Origin: Mobula hypostoma | Taxonomy: Eukaryota | Direction of reading: 5' to 3' | Length of the DNA: 64,000 bases | Assembly: GCF_963921235.1 (NCBI RefSeq) | Contig: NC_086097.1 | Span: 71,550,001 to 71,614,000 of the forward strand | Part shown: positions 25,210 to 38,108 of the stretch, one piece after another | Layout of the letters: every line of letters starts with the position of its first letter | Position numbering within the stretch: the stretch's first letter is position 1 | The notes under the pieces: model-generated | Seen by the model: only the letters and a program-made list of their open reading frames with translations | Told to the model about the DNA's origin: nothing | The model's database searches: none | Position numbers and translations under genes: made by a program

Positions 25210-25485
25210 AGATAGATTGTGCAATAAGCCCTTCCAGCACTTCAAGCTCCATTGCCCAACAAACCCTGATGTAACCCTAACCTAATCACAGGAAAAAATT
25301 ACAATGTCAAATTAACTTACTAACCAGTACATCTTTGGACTGTGGAAGGAAACTAGAGCAGCCACAGAAAACCCACCTATTCCACGAGAAGGATGTACAA
25401 ACTCCTTACAGAGGATACCAGAATTGAACTCCAAACTCTGACACCCCAGGCTGCAACAGTGTTGCCATTAACAGCTACGTTACCT
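25210..25485 (-). mobile_element. V-SINE (HE1-like) tRNA-derived SINE
   Basis: Reverse strand has the V-domain-like GAGTTTGTACATCCTTCTC..GGTGGGTTTTCTGTGGCTGCTCTAGTTTCCTTCCACAGTCCAAAGATGTAC..GTTAATT and a B-box-like GAGTTCAATTC. Confidence 0.7.
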
Positions 25486-25654
25486 TGGGGTTCCAGTTCC
25501 AGACTATCAGCTCACCAAATGGTACCAGCCTCCTTGAAAACAATGAAACATCCCTGAAGGCATTTGGGAATCCGTATTCAGCTCAAAGTAGACAAGGATC
25601 TTGCACGGTACTGAGAACCTTGACATCATTCACTGGAAGAACACAAAGGGCAGT

Positions 25655-25880
25655 GGAGTGAGGTAGTTGGATTCAATCCCAAACTCAGGTCTATCTGTGT
25701 AGTGTTTGTGCATTCCCTCTTTGATTGTATGTGTTTTCTCCTGGTACACCCACTTCTTTCCACATCAAAAGGTTAATTGGCCTCAGTAAATTGTCTCTAA
25801 TATATATGAGCAGTAGAGTCTAAGTGTAGTTGATGAGAATGCATAATTAATGCAGGATTACCTCTCTATGATTCTATGAC
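25655..25880 (+). mobile_element. V-SINE (HE1-like), degenerate
   Basis: GGATTCAATCCC B-box-like motif, V-domain-like TCTGTGTAGTGTTTGTGCATTC..TTCCACATCAAAAGGTTAATTGG, and a CR1-like tail CTATGATTCTATGA. Confidence 0.6.
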
Positions 25881-28800
25881 ACACGAAGAAAGAGTGGTCT
25901 GCCTTCCAAGCTGTCCCACTGTCTACTCCATCAGACAGTTGGTTTAACTGTGAGCAAGTTTGCAGTTCTAATATTAACCTCATCAGTCACTTCAAAACCC
26001 TCAAAACATGCCATCCTCCATGCAGGAGGATTGCCTAAGAAGACCGTGATTGAGTAAAAGACAATTGTTATTAAGATAAACATGAAACAGGTATGATGTG
26101 AAGGCCAATTTTCAATTTAGAAAAGAAGTATAACACTTAAAAATACAATTTTAGCTGTTAGCTTCAGAAAAAAAATCATCAATATACACTGAAATTACCT
26201 CAATAAAGTTAATTACTTTTTATAAACTTGTACACAATTGAACTGCAATTTTTAAGGTTCATCCCTTAGATAGGGCCTTATCGTAACTCCAATTAGAAAG
26301 ATGATTCAAAAATTACAATATTAGAAAATGGTCGAAGTCACTGTGATGTTTCTATTTTGAAAATTCAAAATGATGTTTAAAATCTTTTGGTTATAAACAC
26401 TTTCAACTATTATTAAATATGCTCTGATGTATTGCCTCAGGTGTTCAATCCCTTTCATCCAGTCATTCACTTTTGTTGTTTATTTCAAGCATGATTTGGG
26501 CTTTGAAACATTCTGTTTACCATTCAGTCTTTCAACCAAATGAAAGGACAGTTAATTATCATTGAAAATGACTAACAGATTGATGGCTCTTTCAGATGAA
26601 ATTGCAGCACTTTCGTTCACGTCCCTTTCCTACAGTCCTCTTACTCACATCCTCTATCATACTGTGCTTTTTATCTGGTACCTCATGTTATACTGGATCC
26701 CTTGATAGATGTGAAGCTTCATAATTTAAGCAGCTGCTGATGTCACAAGTGGCACTTTGTGCTCTCAGAGCCTGCCTATACATTGACGCCTACCTGAGCA
26801 AGCTACCCTGCATGCATTGGTATAGTACGAGTGATCAACAATGCCATTATATTGCAGTTTTGATACCTATCAACAATTTAAGAACCATCCTAAGGCAGGG
26901 AAATATTTTATGGCCCATCAATTGCAACCTGTCATGCTGTGGCTTTGACCTTTGCAGCAATTGTGAAACTTATTTAGTGAAGCAGAGAGAAAGAACCAAG
27001 CAAACAACACAGTATGATTCCTCGTTATAATGTCCTCCACACAATTGTCCCATTTCTACATCTGTCACAGCACGGTGAATGTTCGCACTTCAGTGGGAAG
27101 ACCAGAAGTGAAAAGGTGTTCTCCTTTTCTCCCTGCAACACACATGTTGGGAATGTCATGGATTGGACAGAGTTAAGGAGCTTTTTGATAATTCAGTGAA
27201 GTTTTTTGGAGTTATTAATCTCAAGAAACTAATGACAACAAGTCCAGATGTAAAGGAAATTGTGAATTGCACATGTCTCAAATATATGAAAAGGAAGGAT
27301 TGGAGTAAATATTACTGTTCTCACAAATCTGGAAAGTAATGAATAATTTGCTGTAATACATGCTTCGGCTTCAGGCTATGGATTTTTTTTGCTCTGCGCA
27401 CACGCTTTCAAATTAATTTAAGACATGTATTTACAAATAAATTGATCTTAGCCGCTCACTGCCAACTTGGGATTCCATCACCTCAGTTTATAAGAGGAGG
27501 TTCAACATCCTCTCATGAACTAATGACAAACAATGCAGCTTGTATTATGTGCACATAGGTTTTCTCCTGAAGTTCGAGGAGAACACTGAGACTTCAAAGG
27601 TGTAAGTGATTATCATGACACAAACCAATTAGGATAAATGGTGCTTACCCCATCTAGTATCAAATCAATTTGAAACTGGTCATTAAATCCTATTGACATT
27701 TAGGTGATGGTTAACAGGTATGTTCATTTCACCGCATAGTTGGCTCTTTGACTCCAGCCTACTAGACACTTAGATCCGCCTGTTCCGGTTGAATCTTCCC
27801 AGTCTATGGCTGGTCTGCACTACCTCATGTAACTGATGATTGCGTTTAGAAGGGATATTAGAATCTTTTTTCTACAACCCAGTGCAAACACGCATAACGT
27901 GCATCTTTCTGTTCCACAGACAAATACAGTACTTATTTTAATTTTTCCTTGCCCACAGAATCGTTAATCGATATATACCAACACATAGAAGGGTTTTGTC
28001 TTCACAATTAGCACCTTACATAGAGCTGTTTAATGTCATAGTTATATTAAGAATATTAAATGAAATTTGTTTAGTAGGACATAAATTCATACATTTTGCA
28101 ATATACATTTAGCATTCCTTTAAACTGTAAATTTATCAATGCCTTTTGAATGTTAAATCTGCATAATCAAATTGACCTCTGTGATGATTGCAACTCATAT
28201 TTGCATTCAGCACTTACACTGTGAAATTCTAATGGTCTTGCTATCTATGCTAACTAAAATTCCAGCTTGAGATGCCAAAATGATTCTTTAAACATTATTT
28301 AAATTGCTGGTTTATTTCTGGGACTGTGATACATCTGACTGTTTGGACATTTTAAAAAAATTTGGCCAGCTTTTAAATTCTACCTGTGACTGGCAGAGAT
28401 TAGTCTGCCAATAGCAGATGGCAGGTTGTTATTTCATATCTTGCATTGCAGGATATTTTTAAACCTTTCATTGCCTTCAACAAGCAGAAATTTATCATTG
28501 CACAATGATGGTAAGTGTAGTTTTACACAAATATATGCAAGTAGCTTTGGAGAACTTCTTTAATGATTTGGATGTTGATGACAAAATGTGTGTTGAATGG
28601 CTACCTTTAAATGTCAGTGTGTCACTCTGGGAAATGCACATGTAAATAATTATAATGGAAATACATTCATATGGACAAATGTTTCTTGTTCTTCATCTTT
28701 AGAATTTGAGTGCCTGTGGCATTGATTGTGACAGTTCAAGAAAGTGGGTTTGTAGTGGAATGATAATTTTCATTTTCACTTCTCATGTGGAGAACAGATA

Positions 28801-29537
28801 AAGATGACTTCTTGTCCATTTTGGAATTCAGCTAATTTTCCATTTTATCAATTTAAATGGAAACCATAACCTGGCTGCAATAGAACTATTTTTCACCCAC
28901 ATTATGAAAGTGAATCAGTTTTGTTTAGTGTTAGGACTGTTAGGAGTGATCTGTATTGCAGCTGGCAGACTACCTGCCTCCCTCCCTAGACACTTAAATG
29001 AAGAAGTGCTTCATTGTTATAGTGCTTTATAATTGGTGAGGCGGGAAGTTAGCAGTTGGAGTTTTGGAGTGAAGAGGAAGGGAGGGCCAGTGAGCAGGTG
29101 AAGGCATGAAATATGCAACAAATTATCAGGTAGGTTGGAATTGTGTAGAGATGGGATGCAATATGATCCTGGAGTTTGTGTTGGTTAAAACAGAATAGAT
29201 AGGGAAAAAGTATGCTGGACAATAAGAAGCTAGTAAAAAGGCAAAGAAATTCAAAAAGAAAAGAAGACAGGTATTCAAAATATATGTGAGAATATCTATT
29301 TTAAGAGAGATTATGCACCCAAAGAAATAGAGTTTCAAAAATAAATCAAGTACAGTACACTGGAATAGAACATTTTTGCACTTCTTAAGTAGTCTCTCTG
29401 CAATGATGGTAGCTTGCTTACTTTTCTGTTGCGGAGTGGCTATTAAAGCCAATGACATGGCACATATTGAATGAAAGAATTGAAGCCAATGAAGACTTTG
29501 CAAGAGATGGGAGAGGAGGTGGCTTGCGGGGTAGATG

Positions 29538-31840
29538 TAGAACATAGAATAGTACAGCACAGTACAGGTCCTTCAGCCCACAATGTTGTGCCAACCCTCA
29601 AACCCTGCCTCCCATATAAGCCCCCGCATTAAATTCCTCCATATACCTGTCTAGTAGTCTCTTAAACTTCACGAATGTATCTGCCTCCACCACTGACTCA
29701 GGCAGTGCATAACATTCACCAACTACTATCTAGTACAAAACCTTCTTCTAATATCCCCCTTGAACTTCCCACCCCTTACCTTAAAGCCATGTCCTCTTAT
29801 ATTGAGCAGTGGTGCCCTGGAGAAGAGGCGCTGGCTATCCACTCTATCTATTCCTCTTATTGTCTTGTACACCTCTATCATGTCTCCTCTCATCCTCCTT
29901 CTTTCCAAAGAGTAAAGCCCTGGCTCCCTTAGTCTCTGATCATAATGCATACTTTCTAAACCAGGCAGCATCCTGGTAAATCTCCTCGGTACCCTTTCCA
30001 ATGCTTCCACATCCTTCCTATAGTGAGGTGACCAGAACTGGACACAGTACTCCAAGTGTGGCCTAACCAGAGTTTTATAGAGCTGCATCATTACATCACG
30101 ACTCTTAAACGCTATCCCTCGACTTACGAAAGCTAACACCCCATAAGCTTTCTTAACTACCCTATCCTCCTGTGAGGCAACTTTCAGGGATCTGTGGACA
30201 TGTACCCCGAGATCCCTCTGCTCCTCCACACTACCAAGTATCCTGCCATTTACCTTGTACTCTGCCTTGGAGTTTGTCCTTCCAAAGTGTACCACCTCAC
30301 ACTTCTCCGGGTTGAACTGCATCTGCCACTTCTCAGCCCACTCCTGCATCCTATCAATGTCTCTCTGCAATCTTTGACAATCCTCTACACTATCTACAAC
30401 ACCACCAACCTTTGTGTTGTTTGCAAACTTGCCAACCCACCCTTCTACCCCACATCCGGGTCGTTAATAAAAATCACGAAAGGTAGAGGTCCCAGAACAG
30501 ATCCTTGTGGGACACCACTAGCCACAATCCTCCAATCTGAATGTATTCCCTCCACCACCACCCTCTGCCTTCTGCAGGCAAGCGAATTCTGAATCCACCT
30601 GGCCAAACTTCCCTGGATCCCATGCCTTCTAACTTTCTGAATAAGCCTACCATGTGGAACCATGTCAAATGCCTTACTAAAATCCATATAGATCACATCC
30701 ACTGCACTACCCTCACCTATATGCCTGGTCACCTCCTCAAAGAACTCTATCAGGCTTGTTAGACACGATCTGCCCTTCACAAAGCCATGCTGACTGTCCT
30801 TGATCAGACCATGATTCTCTAAATGCCTATAGATCCTATCTCTAATAATCTTTTCCAACAGCTTGCCCACCACAGACGTAAGGCTCACTGGTCTATAATT
30901 ACCCGGACTATCCCTACTACCTTTTTTGAACAAGGGTACAACATTCGCCTCCCTCCAATCCTCCGATACCATTCCCATGGACAACGAGGACATAAAGATC
31001 CTAGCCAGAGGCTCAGCAATCTCTTCTCTCGCCTCATGGAACAGCCTGGGGAATATTCCGTCAGGCCCCGGGGACTTATCTGTCCTAATGTATTTTAACA
31101 ACTCCAACACCTCCTCTCCCTTAATATCAACATGCTCCAGAACATCAACCTCACTCATATTGTCCTCACCATCATCAAGTTCCCTCTCATTGGTGAATAC
31201 CGAAAAGAAGTATTCATTGAGGACCTCGCTCACTTCCACAGCCTCCAGGCACATCTTTCCACCTTTGTCTCTAATCGGTGCTACCTTTCACACCTGTCAT
31301 CCTGTTTTTCTTCACATAATTGAAGAATGCCTTGGGGTTTTCCTTTACCCTACTCGCCAAGGCCTTCTCATACCCCCTTCTTGCTCTTCTCAGCCCCTTC
31401 TTAAGCTCATTTCTTGCTTCCCTATATTCTCAATAGACCCATCTGATCCTTGCTTCCTAAACCTCATGTATGCTGCTTTCTTCCACCTGACCAGATTTTC
31501 CACCTCACTTGTCAACCATGGTTTCTTCACCCTACCATTCTTTATCTTCCTCACTGGGACAAATTTATCCCTAACATCCCGCAAGAGATCTCTAAACATC
31601 GACCACATGTCCATAGTACATTTCCCTGCAAAAACATCATCCCAATTCACACCTGCAAGTTCTAGCCTTATAGCCTCATAATTTGCCTTTCCCCAATTAA
31701 AAATTTTCCTCTCCTCTCTGATTCTATCCTTTTCCATGATAATGCTAGAAGCCAGGGAGTGGTGGTCACTGTGCCCCAGATGCCCACCCACTGAGAGATC
31801 TGTGACCTGACCCAGTTCATTACCTAGTACTAGATCTAGT
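29538..31840 (-). mobile_element. CR1 LINE, 5'-truncated ORF2 (RT) with 3' terminus
   Basis: ORFs 31390-31791, 30445-31254 ([37 protein letters not shown]) and 29726-30370 (YKTLVRPHLEYC, LERRRMRGD, RGH), frameshifted relative to each other. 3' end GTACTGTGCTGTACTATTCTATGTTCTA. Confidence 0.92.
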
Positions 31841-33399
31841 GTGGGTAATTAGTTGATAAGGTGGTTTGCTTCTAACACTGCTTCAGTGTACTCTTGATGT
31901 TGTGATTTGAGGTTCTCATGAATGCAATGTTAAAAGTAAGGGGAAACTAAAGTCTAATTATAGAAGTTGTTATTAAAGTATATGACTCAGTGGAGGAAAC
32001 AAAAGAACATAAAACATTAAACAAGCAATGGTGCTGTTTGGAAACAGCCAAGGGAAGGAAAAATGAACCTTAACAGGGCACTTCTAATAGAAAACCAAAT
32101 AGGACGGTAAAACAATGAGTCTGGCATGAAATCTAGAAAGTAAATACTGTCCAATAGAAAACTGCTACAGATAAGGAGCAGCCAACAACTTAGAAGAAAA
32201 GAATAAAAATGTTCATGGACATTGTCAAAGATGTATAACTAATCTGAACAGAACATTTAACAACTGACTTCAGAAAGAACCAGGAGGCCCAATCACAGCC
32301 AATCAGGAACAAGCATTATCAAACACTTAGAGCCATTATGCTATGCAGTTTATGGGGGAGGGGAAAACATCCAGTACAATACCTAAGAACACTAAAGTGC
32401 AATAGAAATTCATGATGGGAAAACTGTGACGTGAAAAATGTTTCAGGTGGTGTGCATTATGCAGAGATTTTCAATACATTAGTAGATATCTATTGATTTT
32501 GTTAATCATGCATCAGAAACTTAAAATAACACAAATGATAAATAATATAACCAGGTGAACATTGACTCATAAACATTTGTCTTCCCCTGTCAACAGCAAG
32601 GAGATTCTAAGGTCTCTCCAGAAAATGGGTTGGATTTAGGAATGCTCTGTATAGCTGCTGGCAAATTCCCTGTCTCCCTTCCAACTTCAAAGGTGAATTA
32701 CTGGAAATAGGATTTCAGCTAAGAAATGCTTTTATAGATAACATTTGATTTGGTTTGTTGAACAGAGCAGACTCCAGATTCTGTAGCTCTGACTGTTTGT
32801 GACATTGGGAAACTGCCTCAATGAAATGTGTATTAGTTTCACCAGAATCTGAAACTGTCTGCCTCACCGAAGTAAGTGCCTGGGAATTAAAGTCCTCCAT
32901 TCTCCACTGGGGCACCAACATCAGCTCGGTAAGAAGACAGGCAGTTCCCCATAATAAACACAATCCTCTAAATGGAGTCTTTGATTTCCTGGAGCTTTTA
33001 GAAACTAGCTAATTACAGATCTCATTAGGGTTTTCAGATCTTTATTCACTGAATATTCAAGATGAGATGAGGAAATTGATTGAATTTGAGGAGTGCATCG
33101 TGCTTAACTGTTGTCTCCCCTTTCTCTGTCTTCTGTTCTTTCTTCCTTTATGTAACATAACATACGTTACGTAACATAGTAAATGCACCAGGATTTGCTA
33201 CATTGGTTGTTATGGATGGTGGAGGGAGATCAGAATCCCCAATTGTCTCACACTTCATTAGATAATGAGAGTTAAGTTCAATTTATCTAAACTCAATGCC
33301 CAACAAAACACTGACAGAAGGTCATTCCAAGGTGCAGTAGTGGCTACTTGAACACAGCCATTTTCAAGTTAAATATTCCTCAATTTACCAATCTCATCT

Positions 33400-33724
33400 T
33401 GTCAGGACTACAGTGGCAAGCAGCTCCCAGTCTTCCCTCAGCAAACAAGAGTCACCTGTGACTCAGTTCCAACTCATCACCTGCAGCCTATTTAAACCCA
33501 GCCCCCATCCATAATCCTTGTACTGTCACTGAACCAGCCAGTCTCAACTAGTTGTTGCTAGCCTTTAATTGCCTTGTTGCCTTGTCATGTTACGTATCTG
33601 TTCCTTCTCATTTTGTGGTCCGTCATGGTTGTTATTTTTCAGTTTATTATTAAAGTGGTCACCCACTGTGAAATAGTCTCCACTGGCCTGCATTTGGGTC
33701 ATGCCTCCTCTACTCTTCTTGACA
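33400..33724 (+). repeat. 5' LTR of the Gypsy element
   Basis: TGTCA...TGACA ends; shares CAACTCATCACCTGCAGCCTATTTAAACCCAGC and CTGCATTTGGGTCA with 38109-38431. Confidence 0.85.
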
Positions 33725-33822
33725 GGATGGGAGAACCAGTGAGTGACCCATTAGAATTTGTTGTCTAAAGGAAATCATCTGTCAACATGAGCACATGATC
33801 CACAAACAAAAGGAAACCATTG

Positions 33823-35313
33823 ACGACTGCATTGACGCTGCTTCCTGCACGCATGCAGAGCTCGTTGACTTTATTAACTTTGCCTCCAACTTTCACCCTG
33901 CCCTCAAGTTTACCTGGTCCATTTCTGACACCTCCCTCCCCTTTCTAGATCTTTCTGTCTCTGTCTCTGGAGACAGCTTATCCATTGATGTCTACTACAA
34001 GCCTACTGTCTCTCACAGCTATCTGGACTATTCCTCTTCTCACCCTGTCTCTTGCAAAAATGCCATCCCCTTCTCGCAATTCCTCCGTCTCCGCCGCATC
34101 TGCTCTCAGGATGAGGCTTTTCATTCTAGGACGAGGGAGATGTCTTCCTTTTTTAAAGAAAGGGGCTTCCCTTCCTCCACTATCAACTCTGCTCTTAAAC
34201 GCATCTCCCTCATTTCACGTACATCTGCTCTCACTCCACCCTCCCGCCACCCCAGTAGGAATAGGGTTCCCCTGGTCCTCACCTACCACCCCACCAGCCT
34301 CCAGGTCCAACATATTATTCTCCGTAACTTCCGCCACCTCCAACGGGATCCCACCACTAAGCACATCTTTCCCTCCCCCCATCTCTCTGCATTCCGCAGG
34401 GATCGCTCCCTACGCGACTCCCTTGTCCATTCATCCCCCCCAACCCTCCCCACTGATCTCCCTCCTGGCACTTATCCGTGTAAGCGGAACAAGTGCTACA
34501 CATGCCCTTACACTTCTTCCCTTACCACCATTCAGGGCCCCAAACAGTCCTTGCAGGTGAGGCAACACTTCACCTGTGAGTCGGCTGGGGTGATATACTG
34601 CGTCCGGTGCTCCCGATGTGGCCTTTTATATATTGGCGAGACCCGACACAAACTGGGAGACCGCTTTGCTGAACACCTACGCTCTGTCCGCCAGAGAAAG
34701 CAGGATCTCCCAGTGGCCACACATTTTAATTCCACATCCCATTCCCATTCTGACATGTCTATCCACGGCCTCCTCTACTGTAAAGATGAAGCTACACTCA
34801 GGTTGGAGGAACAACACCTTATATTCCGTCTGGGTAGCGTCCAACCTGATGGCATGAACATCGACTTATCTAACTTCCACTAATGCCCCACCTCCCCCTC
34901 GTACCCCATCTGTTACTTATTTTTATACACACATTCTTTCTCTCACTCTCCTTTTTCTCCCTCTGTCCCTCTGAATATACCCCTTGCCCATCCTCTGGGT
35001 CACCCCCACCCCCCTGTCTTTCTTTCCGGACCTCCTGTCCCATGATCCTCTCGTATCCCTTTTGCCTATCACCTGTCCAGCTCTTGGTTCCATCCCTCCC
35101 CCTCCTGTCTTCTCCTATCATTTTGGATCTCCCCCTCCCCCTCCAACTTTCAAATCCCTTACTCACTCTTCCTTCAGTTAGTCCTGACGAAGGGTCTCGG
35201 CCTGAAACGTCGACTGCACCTCTTCCTATAGATGCTGCCTGGCCTGCTGCGTTCACCAGCAACTTTTATGTGTGTTGCTTGAATTTCCAGCATCTGCAGA
35301 ATTCCTGTTGTTT
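33823..35313 (+). mobile_element. Penelope-like retroelement (Neptune-type), 5'-truncated, nested in the Gypsy element
   Basis: Uninterrupted frame from the RT catalytic (Y)IDD through FLDL/VYYKPT thumb motifs, a Cys linker PCKRNKCYTC and a GIY-YIG nuclease (GVIYCVRCSRCGLLYIGET..RFAEH) to a stop at 34883. Then a pyrimidine-rich UTR and terminus. 11 bp TSD GGAAACCATTG at 33812-33822 and 35314-35324. Confidence 0.92.
35179..35216 (+). ncRNA. Minimal type I hammerhead ribozyme motif
   Basis: TAGTC (stem I) - CTGACGA - A - GGGT/CTCG/GCCT (stem II) - GAAA - CG - TC - GACTG (stem I'). Palindromic ACGT stands in for stem III; predicted cleavage after C35211. Confidence 0.8.
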
Positions 35314-37392
35314 GGAAACCATTGGCCATCTGTTTGCCCCCTCAACCAATTTTCCAATTCAATACGACAACCTTATGCTACTCAACCTCCTCCCTCGGAG
35401 CCCTGGATTCTGGTGCCTGTATTCTGTAATGGCCCCCCAACCTGATGCCACAACTTCCTGTCCCAGTGCATCGTACACCTCAAGCTCCAGCCACCTCTGC
35501 ATTTTCCATAACAAGCTAAGGTTGCCTTTGTCATCTCACTCTTGACTGGGTGAGCTCTGACCTGGGCTGCTGCTAAATGGGACAATAAAACCCACATTTT
35601 CAAAAAATATGAGGAGTTCACTGGGAAGTGGAAAGGAGGTAGTGCATTGGATACCTTGCCTACATCCAGACTCATGCTTGCTGCTGAATTACACCATGGA
35701 ATTCAGGACCCCCGCAGTAAAGTATGGCTGGAATGCAGAAGTACTGATGGCCTATTACCATCATGGCATCTCAGAGTGCTTGAAAGACAAGCTGTCTACT
35801 TGGGGGATGCCCACCGACCTCAAAAGCCTCATTATTCTGGCTGTCTAAGTTGACAAGCATCTTATGGAACATGCTACACAGGTATGCGTTCGTCTACCTC
35901 GATGACATCCTCATTTTCTCCAAGGTCCCCCAAGACCATATCTGTCATGTCCATTCAGTTCTTAAGTGTCTTCTCAAAAACCAACTCTACTGCATGTAAG
36001 AGAAATGCCAGTTCCATACCCCAGTCATTTCCTTCCTGGGTTACGTCCCTTCACTCCAAGGCAAGCCATGGACCCAAGTAAAGTGTGCGCTGTCATTGAA
36101 TGGCCCCAGCTGAGCTTCCTCAAACAATTACAGTATTTCTTGTGCTTCCCCAAACTTCTACCGTTGTTTCATCAGGAATTACAGCCAAATTGCGTCTCCT
36201 TTCACCTCCCTCACCAAATCCCCCACCTCACGGATAGCCTGGTCTGCTGCATCTCTCAGTTCCTATTCTCCACCATCCAAACCTCCCTGAACCTTTTGTG
36301 GTCAAGGTGGACACATCTGACGTGAGTGCTGTGGCCAGCTTCTCCCAGCAACGATCAGATGGAAAGACAAACCCTTGTCACATTCAATTCTACACAGCAC
36401 TGTATTGGAGTAGGAGACAGGGAGCTACTCACCATTAAATAGGTCTTGGAGGAATGGAAGATGGATGATGGGGAACACCAAGCCTTTCCTGATCTGGACT
36501 GACCACTAGAATCTCCTATCTATTCAGCAGACCCGCCAACTCAGCTCATGTCAGGCTCACTGGAACCTCTTCTTTGAGCAATTCAGCTTCACCATCACCT
36601 ACTGACCAGGCTCCAAGAACACTAAGGTGGACACTTGTCATGATAGTTTGACTCAGCTGAAATGAAGGTCAAACCTCAGCCCATCATTTCATCCTTGCAG
36701 ATCATCTGGGATCTTGAGAACCAGATTTTCCAGGCCCTGCAGAAGCAGCCAGCTCTGGCCAACTTGCCCGACAACTGCACGTACATACTGGTAACTGCGT
36801 TCCCTGAGGCACTCGAGTCAGCCCACTTCTCACCACACTCCAACCATCTAGGTGCATGGCGTACCCTGGATTTTCTGCGACACTGGTTCTAGTGGCCCAC
36901 CATGATTGCAGATGTGCATTAATTTGTCACTGCTTTCCCTCAATGTGCCCAGTCCAATTCCTCCAACCAGCCACCCTCTAGGCTCCTGTGGCCCTCGCCA
37001 GTCCCTCAACACCCATGGTCCCACATTGCCATGGATTTCATCATGAGTTTGCCACCTTTGGCAGGGCCACAGTGATCATGACAGTGGTGGACCGGTTCTC
37101 CAAGCTACCCACTTTATTGCCCTCCCCAAACTTTCATCAGCCACTGCGATGGTAGCCTGGTACTCCAATGTGTAGTTTACCTCCATGGTTTCCCTCAGGA
37201 AATTGTGTTGGACTGGAGCCTACAATTTGTCTCCCGCTTCTGGTGAACCTTCTGCTCACTCCTTCACACCTCAGTGAGTTTGTCCGCTGGCTATCATCCA
37301 CAGACAGACGGTCAGTCAGAAACAGCCAATCAGCAAGTGGAGAAGTTTCTGTGATGCTTCACTGGATCTAACCCAACCACATAGAAGACATA

Positions 37393-37599
37393 GATAAAAG
37401 CTGCTGGTGAACGCAGCAGGCCAGGCAGCATCTCTAGGAAGAGGTACAGTCCATGTTTCGGGCTGAGACCCTCTGAAGGGTCTCGGACCGAAACGTCGAT
37501 TGTACCTCTTCCTAGAGATGCTGCTTGGCCTGCTGTATTCACCAGCAACTTTTACACGTGTTGCTTGAAATTCCAGCATCTGCAGATTTCCTCGTGTTT
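37393..37599 (+). mobile_element. Penelope-derived fold-back element with 14 bp TSD, nested in the Gypsy integrase region
   Basis: Inverted arms 37396-37472 and 37477-37553, then the tail TTCCAGCATCTGCAGATTTCCTCGTGTTT. TSD ACATAGAAGACATA at 37379-37392 and 37600-37613. Confidence 0.88.
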
Positions 37600-38108
37600 A
37601 CATAGAAGACATATCTGCTCTGTGTCAAACTGCCCCACAATCTACACATCTCTGCCGTGGGCAGAGGTGCTTCATAGCTACCAAGCCCTATTGTTCCTTA
37701 CAAAGGTACCATTAGTGGAGACTCCATCTGCCAGGGCCTAGTTTTCTGCTGCTGGAATGCTTAGAAGAGGGTACGGAAGCTGCCCTAGCTGCAAAAGGTG
37801 CCTACTGCTGCCAGGGAAACTGCCAGTGGCATCCAGCCGGACTGCTTCAGCCTGGGGACCGCGCCTGGCTGCCCATCCAAGATCTGTCCCTGCGCATCAA
37901 CTCCTGCAAGCTCTTGACCCAGTTCATCAGTCCCGTCGAGATCAGTCCAGTCATAGCTGCCACCATCCCCCAGCAACACACCTATCTTCCATGTGCCGTG
38001 TCTCAAGCCCGTTGCTCGTGAACCACTTAACCCATCGGAGCCTGCACCTCCGGAACCAAGGATGGTGTAAAGTGGTCCAGGGTACACAGTTCATCAGTTG
38101 ATGGATTC

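Larger units (their letters stand above)
24740..26043 (+). mobile_element. Decayed RTE-type LINE 3' portion, split by two SINEs
   Basis: Remnants read like SAAFGRL (GGCAGTGCAGCCTTTGGTCGATTG), SET, GHVICMPD..PK and LISHFKT, ending in an AAGAAGA tail; typical of the RTE ORF C-terminus. Confidence 0.55.

Noticed and set aside
34883..35545. 220 aa Pro/Leu/Ser-rich ORF
   Set aside because: Read-through of the pyrimidine-rich Penelope UTR and terminus; low complexity.
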